NCBI GenBank assembly: GCA_024421095.1
Contig: JAHQYM010000003.1
Location: forward strand, 1 to 58,569
Length of the DNA: 58,569 nucleotides
Origin: Acidimicrobiia bacterium
Lineage (GTDB): Bacteria; Actinomycetota; Acidimicrobiia; Acidimicrobiales; Aldehydirespiratoraceae
Direction of reading: 5' to 3'
The position numbers and the translations under genes are program-made. Below are positions 1 to 10,235 of the stretch, piece by piece. The stretch's first letter is position 1; each line of letters starts with the position of its first letter. The notes beneath the pieces were generated by a model. It ran no database searches. It was not told the origin of the DNA and was given only the letters and a program-made list of their open reading frames with translations.

Positions 1-91
1 GGGTACTCAAGGGCTAGCCGCTCATGAGTGAGACGGGCACGCCCCTTAGGTGATCTAGGTTTAGCCATAAATTAGAAGATACGCTAACGCG

Positions 92-781
92 GTGACGTTG
101 ACGTGTGAACAATCCAACTCAAAAGAGGTTCCTTGGGTGCTGACAGTGAACGAAGATCGCTCAGCCGACGAAGTTGGCGATGCGCTCAACGGGTGGCTCA
201 ATGAACACCCAAATGAACCGGCCCAACTGTGGATTCGCCATCTGGATGAACCAACCGAGCGGGTCGCCAAAGACTTAGGGTTTGTACCCTACCGAGATCT
301 CTGGCAACTGCGCTGTTCCTTACCTCAAACTCCATCGCAGTTGCACACAAAGGCCTTCACAACAAGCGACATAGCTGCCTTCGTGTCGGTCAACAATCGG
401 GCTTTTCATTGGCATCCCGAGCAGGGTGGACTAACCGTAGAGGCTCTGCAAAAGACGCTAGCCGAAGACTGGTTCAATGCTGACGGTTTTCGTTTAGCGC
501 GCAACGAGGAGGGCCGTTTGATGGGTTTTTGTTGGACGAAAATTCACCGTGACCGCAAACCTCACCTAGGTGAGATTTATGTGATTGGGGTCGACCCCGA
601 CTTTCATGGCAGGGGCTTAGGCCGAGCCTTAACCTTGGCTGGCCTTGAATGGCTCAGCAACGCCGGTCTGAACATGGCCATGCTTTATGTGGAATCCGAT
701 AATGGCGCGGCAAACGCCATCTATGCCGCGATTGGATTTAGTCACCATCGCACCGACCGGGCTTACCGCCGAACAAAGTAA
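92..781 (+). CDS. mshD: GNAT N-acetyltransferase, mycothiol synthase (MshD)-like
   Basis: 229-aa ORF with a GTG start; in-frame stops lie just upstream. Motifs VNNRAFHWHPEQGG, GEIYVIGVDPDFHGRGLGRALT and LYVESDN resemble the MshD C-terminal GNAT domain. It is shorter than the canonical two-domain MshD. Confidence 0.7.
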   Translation: MTLTCEQSNSKEVPWVLTVNEDRSADEVGDALNGWLNEHPNEPAQLWIRHLDEPTERVAKDLGFVPYRDLWQLRCSLPQTPSQLHTKAFTTSDIAAFVSVNNRAFHWHPEQGGLTVEALQKTLAEDWFNADGFRLARNEEGRLMGFCWTKIHRDRKPHLGEIYVIGVDPDFHGRGLGRALTLAGLEWLSNAGLNMAMLYVESDNGAANAIYAAIGFSHHRTDRAYRRTK

Positions 782-787
782 CCAACG

Positions 788-1513
788 GTGCCGAAGATCG
801 ACCCAAACAATCTGCCGCAAGGCAACGAAAAACGCCTTGCCATACGAGACTTATTCGACCGCATCTCAGGGAGATACGATCTGGTCAACCGGGTGATCAC
901 TTTCGGACTCGACAGTCGCTGGCGGAGCCAGGCGGTTGCTGTGCTGGAGTTGGAGGCTGGTTCGCTTGTGCTTGATTTGGCTTGCGGCACCGCAGCGCTT
1001 TCTCGCACACTTGCCAAGGCCGACATGGTGGCAGTGGGGGTAGACCTCTCCTTGGGCATGCTGTTGGCAGCCCCCACCAACACGGCCCGCTTACAAGGCG
1101 ATTTGCTGGCCTTGCCGGTAGCCGACCACGCAGTCGACGGCGCAGTTTGCGGTTTTGCTTTACGCAACCTAGTTGAACTACCAGGTTTCTTCGCCGAGGC
1201 CGCCCGCGTGATTCGTCCGCACGGGAGGATCGCCCTATTGGATGCCTGCGAACCCGACAACAAAATTTTGCGTTGGGGGCACCGCATCTATTTCCAAAAG
1301 GTTGTGCCACGCATAGGCGCACTCCTGTCCGACGGAAACGCCTATGCATATTTGCCGAAATCGCTGGCGTACATGCCGGCATGGCCGGAACTCAAACAAC
1401 AACTTGCAAGCGCTGGTTTCGTCAACATTTCCCGGCGCTCTTTCGTGGGCGCTCAGCTTATTTCCGCGACGCGCCAAGCTGAGTTAGGGCGACCAGAAGG
1501 GTTCGACGGATAA
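788..1513 (+). CDS. menG: demethylmenaquinone / ubiquinone-menaquinone methyltransferase (UbiE/MenG family)
   Basis: N-terminal FDRISGRYDLVNRVITFG, SAM motif VLDLACGT, and C-terminal YAYLPKSL typical of UbiE/MenG. Confidence 0.88.
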   Translation: MPKIDPNNLPQGNEKRLAIRDLFDRISGRYDLVNRVITFGLDSRWRSQAVAVLELEAGSLVLDLACGTAALSRTLAKADMVAVGVDLSLGMLLAAPTNTARLQGDLLALPVADHAVDGAVCGFALRNLVELPGFFAEAARVIRPHGRIALLDACEPDNKILRWGHRIYFQKVVPRIGALLSDGNAYAYLPKSLAYMPAWPELKQQLASAGFVNISRRSFVGAQLISATRQAELGRPEGFDG

Positions 1514-2410
1514 GGCGATTCCGCCTGCCATGGCAAGCCCCGAGACGAGTTGTAGCTGCGCGGTGGTGACGAGAACCGCAATCAATTCCGCTCCTTTGGC
1601 TCCTCGGTGCAGCGATCTAATGGTCTGCACAATTAGCGGTAAACCCAGCAAAGCAAATATCGCTAGACGACTGGTTACCAAGGTGATGCTGACCGCAACT
1701 AGCATCGCTATTACTTGCAAGGCAATGAACATTCGACGAGTGCGAGCATCACCGAGACGCACCGCCAGGGTGATTTTACCAACCGCTGCGTCTCCATCAA
1801 GGTCACGTAAATTGTTGACCACCAGCAGAGCCGTTGCCCAAATCCCGACCACGATAGACGCAGCGACCGCTAATGGGTCTAGGCTTTCGGTAATCACGTA
1901 GTTGCTACCAACGGTGGCAACCAAACCGAAGAACAAGAACACGAACAGTTCACCCAAACCGTGATATCCGTAGGGCTTGGGGCCACCCGTGTAGGTCCAC
2001 CCGGCAACCAAGCAAAGCGCGCCCAGCAGCAACAACTCAGGACCCATGTCAACCGCTAAAACAAGACCCGCTACACCAGCAACCGCAAACGAAGCCAACG
2101 CAGCGCGCTTCACGAGAACTGGCGACACCAACCCAGAACCGACCAAACGCAGCGGACCAGTTCGCTCGGCGCCATCGGTGCCACGCACACCGTCTGCATA
2201 ATCGTTAGCGAAGTTGACTCCCACTTGCAGTGCCAACGCCACAAGCAAAGCTAGCGCTGCACGCCACCATTGCATCGCATTGCTGTTGCCAACCGCGGTA
2301 GCCGTGCCGACCGCTACCGGCACCAACGCAGCTCCCAGAGTACGGGGGCGCGCACCAGCCCACCAAAGGGCTAAGCCGTTAGGGCGTGATGGCGGGCCGA
2401 CAAGGATCAC
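1484..2410 (-). CDS. menA: 1,4-dihydroxy-2-naphthoate polyprenyltransferase (UbiA family)
   Basis: Polytopic membrane protein with the UbiA-family motif NDYADGVRGTD. Its GTG start overlaps the purN stop (GTGA). Confidence 0.85.
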   Translation of the reverse strand: MILVGPPSRPNGLALWWAGARPRTLGAALVPVAVGTATAVGNSNAMQWWRAALALLVALALQVGVNFANDYADGVRGTDGAERTGPLRLVGSGLVSPVLVKRAALASFAVAGVAGLVLAVDMGPELLLLGALCLVAGWTYTGGPKPYGYHGLGELFVFLFFGLVATVGSNYVITESLDPLAVAASIVVGIWATALLVVNNLRDLDGDAAVGKITLAVRLGDARTRRMFIALQVIAMLVAVSITLVTSRLAIFALLGLPLIVQTIRSLHRGAKGAELIAVLVTTAQLQLVSGLAMAGGIALSVEPFWSP

Positions 2411-3014
2411 AATTTATTTAGATAATCGCCTACCGCGGCAACTAACAGTTGATGTTCTGCGGCGTGCATGCGAGCTTCGAAAGTGGTGCGGTTGTCGGCA
2501 GAGGTGATGGGCACTTCTCGGGTTGCGAGCACTAAACCATCATCTATGCCTTCGTCATTTACCAGATGAACCATCACCCCTGAGCGTTCAAGACCATCTT
2601 GAAGATGCGCCTTCCAAGCATCATTGATTGCTGTGGCACCTGGAAACTCCCCCGGCAACGCCGGATGCAAATTGATGACCCGATTGGGAAACCGACACAA
2701 AAAGGCCATCGAAAAAATGTGCATCCAACCCGCCAATATCACCAAGTCGGGTTGCTGTGAAGCAACCTTTTGCGCTAAGTCGGTGTCGTAATGGTGGCGA
2801 GCGTCAGAGCGTTTGTTGTAGCTATTCAAATAAGGAGTCAATCCAAAATACTCACTGTGTACCCGATGATTTTGGGCGCGCTTTTGGGCTTGGGCATTGC
2901 TTCGGTTTACGAACACGGCAACGATCGTGGCCTCAAGGTGCCCGTTCTCAGTGGCATCTAGCAACGCTTCCAAGTTCGTTCCGTTGCCTGAAGCTAGCAC
3001 CACAAGACGATGCA

Positions 3015-3024
<10 letters not shown>
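2407..3024 (-). CDS. purN: phosphoribosylglycinamide formyltransferase
   Basis: LVVLASGNGTNLEALL N-terminus and INLHPALP motif; located inside the pur operon. Confidence 0.92.
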
Positions 3025-4018
<994 letters not shown>

Positions 4019-4022
<4 letters not shown>

Positions 4023-5296
4023 GAGGCTAACTCACGACCTATGTCATCTCGAAATTGTGCGCCCTCGAAATCAACGCAGGCAACCCCACGGTAGACAGCT
4101 TCGGCTGCTTGGCGCACGGTTGCCGCGGAAGCGTTTACTGCCAGTACTCGCCCACCAGCGCTGACAAGTGTCTGCTCGCGAACCGCTGTAGCGGCGTGAA
4201 AAACTCTACAACCCTGTTGCAGTGCCGCATCAAGACCCCAGATAGGCACCGATGCAGTCGTGTGCGTTGGGTAACCAGCCGAGGCCATCACCACAGCCAG
4301 CGATGCAGCACCACTCCAACGAATATCAATATTGGGCAGCCTGCCAGCACAGCACGCCAGCATCACCTCATAAAGATCTGATTCCAAGAGCGGCAAGACT
4401 GCCTGCGTTTCGGGGTCACCAAATCGACAGTTGAACTCAATCACCTTGGGCCCGCTTTCGGTGAGCATCAAACCTGCATAAAGCACCCCCTTATAGGGAT
4501 GAGCGAGGCGTGCCAGAGCCGCCAACGTAGGAGCGAGAATCTCGTCAGCGACACGCTCCAGTAGCTCCTCGGTGGCGTGCGGTGTGGGACAAAAGGCGCC
4601 CATTCCGCCAGTGTTCAACCCAGTGTCACCGTTAGCTAAACGTTTATGGTCTTGCGCAACCGGCATGACCCTGAAGGTGTCTCCATCGCAAAACGCCAAC
4701 ACCGAAAGCTCTTGGCCAAACAAGCGTTCCTCAAGCAGTATTTCATTGCCTGCTTCACCAAAACGCCCCTCGATCAACATCTCTCGAACAGCTTGAGCGG
4801 CCTCGGCTTGGGTTTCTGCAACAACCACGCCCTTACCAGCGGCCAAACCAGCAGCCTTGATGACCGGCACTGTTGAACAACGGCGCAACGCCGCGAGAGC
4901 ATCTACCGCATCGCTAAAGATTTGGGCTGGCGCCGTGGGAATGTTGTTTCGCTGCAGGAACTCTTTGCAATAAGGCTTTGATCCCTCAAGTTTCGCCGCA
5001 GCCGCCACTGGGCCGAAAGCCGCAATCCCAACGTCCTCAAGCACGTCGACGAGCCCCAAAACGAGCGGCTCTTCCGGCCCAACTACCACCAAAGACACGG
5101 CCTGGGTTTGCACCAACTCAACGATTGCGGCGAAATCTGTCGGCACCAAAGAAACGTTGCGGCACTTGTGTTCGCGAGCTGTTCCCGCATTACCCGGTGC
5201 GACTATCACCTCAGCCACCTGTGCTGACTTCGCCAATTTCCAAGCAAGCGCGTGCTCACGGCCGCCACTACCAACAACCAGCACCTTCTCCGCCAT
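4019..5296 (-). CDS. purD: phosphoribosylamine-glycine ligase
   Basis: KVLVVGSGGREHALAWKL N-terminus, ATP-grasp core, EFNCRFGDPE motif. Confidence 0.95.
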
Positions 5297-5299
5297 CGT

Positions 5300-6724
5300 C
5301 TAATCACGCCAAACCGAGGTGAATTCGGTCTTAGGGTTCAAACTGAGTTGCACAAAACGCATAGATTCAAACGGGTAGCGCCCTGTAAAACAAGCGTTAC
5401 AGTAACCGCGATCGGTGTCGAGAGCACGCATCATGGCCTCAATTGACAAAAACGCTAGAGAGTCCGCTGCGATATGTTCACAAATTTCTTCAACAGAGAA
5501 CCGGGCAGCTATCAACTCGTCCTCGTTGGCCATATCCACGCCCATAAAACAGGGGCTAATGATCGCCGGGCAGGCCACCCGCACATGCACTTCGACAGCT
5601 CCAGCATCTCGCAACATCTTCACCAAAGGGCCCGATGTGGTACCCCGCACGATCGAATCATCCACCAACACCACACGCTTTTCAGCCACATTGTCGGCCA
5701 ACGGATTGAACTTCATGGCCACACGAGCGGCCCGCAACTGAGGTGTCGGTTCAATAAAAGTACGGCCTACATAACGGTTCTTAATGAGCCCTTCGGTGTA
5801 AGGAATCTCAGCTTCTTGAGCAAAACCGACCGCGTGGGGTGTGCCCGAGTCGGGTACCGACACCACCAAATCCGCTTCGACAGGTGCCTCGCGCGCCAAC
5901 TCTCGCCCCAACCTTTGCCGTGTCGAATGCACCAACTGACCGTCGCAAATCGAATCAGGACGAGAAAAATAAATCTGCTCAAAAGTACATAAGGCACGGG
6001 GTTTGGGGTCTGCACCGGCATACGTTTCGAGGCTATTTTCACTGAGGCGCACGATTTCACCCGGGTCAACCTCACGCACAAACTCGGCGCCAATAGTTGA
6101 AAAAGCGCAGGTTTCTGAGGCGAGCACATAACCGTCACCAATGGCACCAATAACCAAAGGCCGTAAACCCCACGGATCACGCACCCCAAACACAGCATCA
6201 CGAGTCAAGACGGTGAGCGCATAGGCACCTTCCGCCTGCGACATAAGCGCACGAATCCTTTCGATCCAGTTGCCGGCTGCACCCGTGAGCAAATGCACCA
6301 TAACTTCGGTGTCGCTTGATGTTTGCAAACCTACACCACCTTCAAGAAGCCCACGGCGCAATTTTGGTGCATTCACCAGGTTGCCATTGTGCGCTACCCC
6401 CAAGGGGCCGTCAATCGTTTCGATGAGCTGAGGTTGAGCGTTGCGAAGCCCTGAACCACCAGTGGTTGAGTAACGGGTATGGCCGATGGCGAGGTTGCCC
6501 GGCAGCGTGCCTAGGTTCTCTTCTTTGAAGACACTGGCCACTAAACCCAAACCTTTATGGACATGGGCAATGCCGTTGGTTGTGGTCGCTATTCCCGCGG
6601 CTTCTTGCCCACGATGTTGCAGCGTGTGCAACACAAAGAAAGCCAAGCGCGCGGCTTGGGAATCTGACGTGCAAATGCCTACCACACCGCACTCCTCGCG
6701 AGGGCTATCAGCTAGACGCAGCAC
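5300..6724 (-). CDS. purF: amidophosphoribosyltransferase
   Basis: Ntn Cys in ECGVVGI, LQHRGQEAAGI, and PRT motif VVLVDDSIVRGTT. Confidence 0.95.
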   Translation of the reverse strand: MLRLADSPREECGVVGICTSDSQAARLAFFVLHTLQHRGQEAAGIATTTNGIAHVHKGLGLVASVFKEENLGTLPGNLAIGHTRYSTTGGSGLRNAQPQLIETIDGPLGVAHNGNLVNAPKLRRGLLEGGVGLQTSSDTEVMVHLLTGAAGNWIERIRALMSQAEGAYALTVLTRDAVFGVRDPWGLRPLVIGAIGDGYVLASETCAFSTIGAEFVREVDPGEIVRLSENSLETYAGADPKPRALCTFEQIYFSRPDSICDGQLVHSTRQRLGRELAREAPVEADLVVSVPDSGTPHAVGFAQEAEIPYTEGLIKNRYVGRTFIEPTPQLRAARVAMKFNPLADNVAEKRVVLVDDSIVRGTTSGPLVKMLRDAGAVEVHVRVACPAIISPCFMGVDMANEDELIAARFSVEEICEHIAADSLAFLSIEAMMRALDTDRGYCNACFTGRYPFESMRFVQLSLNPKTEFTSVWRD

Positions 6725-6729
6725 AGCAA

Positions 6730-7908
6730 TCAGCGGTCGGTAAGGGCTTGGCGCAAGGACATCAGCTTAGCCAAAAGCACGGCTGGGTCAGCACCAACGG
6801 AATCGTCGCCGACTAGGGTCAAGTGCCCCATCTTACGACCCGAACGAGCTTCTTGCTTGCCATAGAGATGAAGATGCACCGCAGCGGCCGCATAGATCTC
6901 CGACCAATCTAGCGCACCTTCAAGAAACAAATCTCCAAGCAGTTGCAGCATCGCCGCCGGTTGGCAACGCCCGTCACCAAGCGGCATCCCCACCACCGCA
7001 CGTAGTTGTTGCTCGAACTGACTAGCTGCAGCTGCTTCAATGGTGCAATGGCCCGAATTGTGAGGCCGAGGTGCCACCTCATTGACGACCAACCCAGTCG
7101 GTGTGTCAAACATCTCCACACACAACACCCCTACCAACCCCCATTGGTTGGCTATGTGCGCGGCGATGCCTCTGGCTTCGCGGGAGCGTGCTTCGCTGAT
7201 ACGCGCCGGCGTGATGGTGCTGTCGAGAACGTGCTTGACGTGCGCGTTTTCCATACAACCGTGGTCGGCCACCTGACCATCCATTGAGCGAGCCACGACA
7301 ACGGAGATTTCACGTTCAAATGCCACCACCGATTCCACTACGAGGCGCTGGCAGCCCAAACGCTGCCAGGCATCTGCCACTGCGTTATGTGTTTCTATAC
7401 GGGTTTGACCTTTCCCGTCATAGCCGAAACGTGCGGCTTTGGCAATGACCGGGAGCCCGAACTCGCGTACCGCCGCGGCGAGTTCGTCTTGCCTGTTGAC
7501 AATACACCAAGGGGCAACGCTTACGCCGATTTCTTGCAGAGCTTTCTTTTCGAGGCTGCGATCCTGTGTGGTGGCGATTATTTCGGCGCTTGGAAAGACA
7601 CCAACCCCGGCACGTTGTGCTGCACGCGCCACCCTTAGATCAACGTTTTCGAACTCCCAAGTAATCACATCGGCTACTTCTAGCAAACGACTGATGGCTG
7701 CATCGTCATCAAAGGGTGCGGCTATCTCTGTGTCGGCAACCGAACCGGCAGGAGTGTTGCGACTCCCACCGGTTAAAACCGCCACACGATAGCCGTGCTG
7801 ATGTGCCGTTTGGGCGAGCATACGTCCGAGTTGACCGCCACCGACAATTCCGATGGTTGACCCCGGCGGAAGCGCTTCTCGCAGTGCTGGTAGTGTTTGT
7901 GGGGTCAT
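6730..7908 (-). CDS. purK: 5-(carboxyamino)imidazole ribonucleotide synthase
   Basis: [15 protein letters not shown]-terminus, ATP-grasp, [12 protein letters not shown] motif; ATGA overlap with purE. Confidence 0.93.
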   Translation of the reverse strand: MTPQTLPALREALPPGSTIGIVGGGQLGRMLAQTAHQHGYRVAVLTGGSRNTPAGSVADTEIAAPFDDDAAISRLLEVADVITWEFENVDLRVARAAQRAGVGVFPSAEIIATTQDRSLEKKALQEIGVSVAPWCIVNRQDELAAAVREFGLPVIAKAARFGYDGKGQTRIETHNAVADAWQRLGCQRLVVESVVAFEREISVVVARSMDGQVADHGCMENAHVKHVLDSTITPARISEARSREARGIAAHIANQWGLVGVLCVEMFDTPTGLVVNEVAPRPHNSGHCTIEAAAASQFEQQLRAVVGMPLGDGRCQPAAMLQLLGDLFLEGALDWSEIYAAAAVHLHLYGKQEARSGRKMGHLTLVGDDSVGADPAVLLAKLMSLRQALTDR

Positions 7909-8405
7909 CTTTGGAGCGTGATTGCCTTGATGCGGTTGGCTTGCGCGGATCGGCGTAGACGCAACTGATCAGCTAACGCGGGGTCTTGTCCAGCCAGCAT
8001 GGCAACCGCCAACAAACCCGCGTTGGTCGCTCCCGGATTCCCGATGGCCATGGTGGCAACGGGGATACCTGCGGGCATTTGCACGATAGACAAAAGCGAA
8101 TCGATGCCGTTTAGCGCGCTGCTCTTGATCGGCACACCAATAACCGGAATTTGCGTATGCGAAGCGAGCATCCCCGGTAGGTGCGCTGCTCCCCCGGCTC
8201 CCGCAATAACAATCCGCAAACCTTTCGGTTCGGCTTCGCTGGCGTATTTTGTCAACAGTTCTGGAGTGCGATGCGCCGATACCACTCGACACTCGTGTGG
8301 CACGCCAAATTCCTCAAGCACCTCAGCCGCGTGTTGCATCGTAGCCCAATCTGATTCGCTGCCCATGACCACGCCCACAAGTGTGAGGTCAGTCATTCGA
8401 TGCAC
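7905..8405 (-). CDS. purE: 5-(carboxyamino)imidazole ribonucleotide mutase
   Basis: [18 protein letters not shown] and [10 protein letters not shown] motifs. The true start may be the ATG at 8396. Confidence 0.95.
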   Translation of the reverse strand: MHRMTDLTLVGVVMGSESDWATMQHAAEVLEEFGVPHECRVVSAHRTPELLTKYASEAEPKGLRIVIAGAGGAAHLPGMLASHTQIPVIGVPIKSSALNGIDSLLSIVQMPAGIPVATMAIGNPGATNAGLLAVAMLAGQDPALADQLRLRRSAQANRIKAITLQR

Positions 8406-9408
8406 CTCGGCGGGACTGCGGGGCGGTGCTGAGGTGCGGCCGGGTTAGCGCCTGCAGCGCTTGAGTTACACGCACATCGGCAGGATACCGCGCTGGTTGA
8501 AAAGCTGAACCGGTCAGCATCTCAAATAGTTCCGCGTAACTCTGTGCTGTCAGGTTTGCTAAAGCAGTTCCAAGCTCCGGGGGTGCGCCCTCCCCTCGAT
8601 AACCTCGTTGCGCATACGCCAAACGGATGATTTCTTTATCAAGGTTCTCGGGTTCTTGGCTGGCCGTGAGCCTTTCAGTGAGGTTCGACTCTCGCCAAAA
8701 CCGTGAACTGTCGGGTGTGTGCATTTCGTCGATCATAATCAACTGGTTGCGGTCATTGATCCCGAACTCATACTTTGTGTCTACCAAAACGAGACCTGCC
8801 GACAACGCGATTTGTTGTCCTCGAGCAAAGATTTCTAAGGCCACGCTGCGCACTTCGTCCCAAAGTTCGCTAGCAACGAGACCATTGGCAACGATTTCGG
8901 TTTCGCTGATTGGCTTGTCGTGGCCACCCTCAGAAGCTTTAGTGGTGGGCGTGATCAGCGTTTGCGGAAGTTCTTGATTCTTGGTCATACCGTCGCTGAA
9001 CTCGACACCATAAAGATGGCGTTTACCCTCGTCATATTGTGTCCATAACGAAGTGGAAGTGCTGCCACTGAGACGGCTCCGCACCACTACCTCCACCGGC
9101 AAAGTCCGGCAACGTTGGACCACGCTGACGTTAGGGTCGGGGACATCAAGGAGATGCGAGTCAATAATGTCGGCGACCTGTTCAAACCACCAAGCCGCCA
9201 ATTGATTCAACATCTGCCCCTTGAAGGGAACGGTACCGAGCACTTGATCGAAGGCCGACACTCGATCGCTGCAGACCAGCAGCAACCGCTCTCCAAGGTC
9301 AATAATGTCTCGCACTTTGCCACGCCGAAGAGTGCCGATGTTAGCCATAACTTGAGGGTCAAGGCCACGGAAAGGGTGGCGTTGCGCTGGCATCAAGTCG
9401 AGCATCAC
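8389..9408 (-). CDS. purC: phosphoribosylaminoimidazole-succinocarboxamide synthase (long form)
   Basis: [22 protein letters not shown] and TPDSSRFW motifs. Confidence 0.92.
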   Translation of the reverse strand: MMLDLMPAQRHPFRGLDPQVMANIGTLRRGKVRDIIDLGERLLLVCSDRVSAFDQVLGTVPFKGQMLNQLAAWWFEQVADIIDSHLLDVPDPNVSVVQRCRTLPVEVVVRSRLSGSTSTSLWTQYDEGKRHLYGVEFSDGMTKNQELPQTLITPTTKASEGGHDKPISETEIVANGLVASELWDEVRSVALEIFARGQQIALSAGLVLVDTKYEFGINDRNQLIMIDEMHTPDSSRFWRESNLTERLTASQEPENLDKEIIRLAYAQRGYRGEGAPPELGTALANLTAQSYAELFEMLTGSAFQPARYPADVRVTQALQALTRPHLSTAPQSRRGASND

Positions 9409-10235
9409 TTGGCCGCTTCAACCAGCGCTTCAAACAGCGCCAACCCAGATCCCCCAACTGCGCCATGTGGACGCTGCCAGTCGAACACATGGTTTTCGGG
9501 ATGCGGCATGAGCCCCACCACCGCTCCGCTACGGTCGCAGATACCGGCAATGTCGGCCACCGAACCATTGGGGTTAGCGGGGTAAAGCCCGCGAGCATCG
9601 CTGCTTTGTGGACACGCACTCGTTGGTTGCGTTGGTTGCGTTGGCTGCGTTGTTGGGGTTTGGTACCTGAAAGCCACTAAACCCGATGTTTGCAGTTCTT
9701 GAGTAAGGTCATCTGAGCTAGTCACGAAACGCCCTTCCCCGTGGGCGACCGGACAGCGAATGAGCGTGTCCTTGAGCGGCTGCAACCAGGAACTACGAAC
9801 CGTTGGTTCCACCCGCAGGGTCACCCAACGACACTCAAAGAGACCATTAGCATTCTCCGTCAACGTCACTTGTCGGTTCACAACGTGGGTGTTCGGCTCG
9901 AAAGGGCCAGGCAACAAACCAGCTCTCACTAGCGCCTGAAAACCATTGCAAATTCCCAACACCGGCTTCCCTCGTGATACTAACTCAGCGACCGCCTCCC
10001 CAAACCACAAACGCAACTCCAAAGCTAACCTTTGCCCAGCACCGAGCGCATCTGCGTAAGAGAACCCGCCTGGAATCAACAGCGCCGCGTGGTCGTTGAT
10101 TTGCACATCGCCTCGGCGAAGATGATTTAGATGAACTATATGCGGCACACCACCCGCCAACCTTATTGCTTGCGCGGCATCACCATCACGGTTCGTGCCT
10201 GAAGAATGCAAGATCAAAATAGGGGGTTGGGCCAT
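9405..10235 (-). CDS. purQ: FGAM synthase glutamine amidotransferase subunit
   Basis: Class I GATase: GGFSYAD, catalytic Cys in GICNGFQ, MPHPE near the C-terminus. Contains a TQP-repeat insertion. Confidence 0.92.
   Translation of the reverse strand: MAQPPILILHSSGTNRDGDAAQAIRLAGGVPHIVHLNHLRRGDVQINDHAALLIPGGFSYADALGAGQRLALELRLWFGEAVAELVSRGKPVLGICNGFQALVRAGLLPGPFEPNTHVVNRQVTLTENANGLFECRWVTLRVEPTVRSSWLQPLKDTLIRCPVAHGEGRFVTSSDDLTQELQTSGLVAFRYQTPTTQPTQPTQPTSACPQSSDARGLYPANPNGSVADIAGICDRSGAVVGLMPHPENHVFDWQRPHGAVGGSGLALFEALVEAAK
9621..9656 (-). repeat. 9-bp coding tandem repeat (about 4 units: 2 perfect, 2 degenerate) encoding (QPT)n inside purQ
   Basis: cgttggttg cgttggttg cgttggctg cgttgttgg on the plus strand. 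The reverse complement CAACCAACG encodes Q-P-T. Confidence 0.9.
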
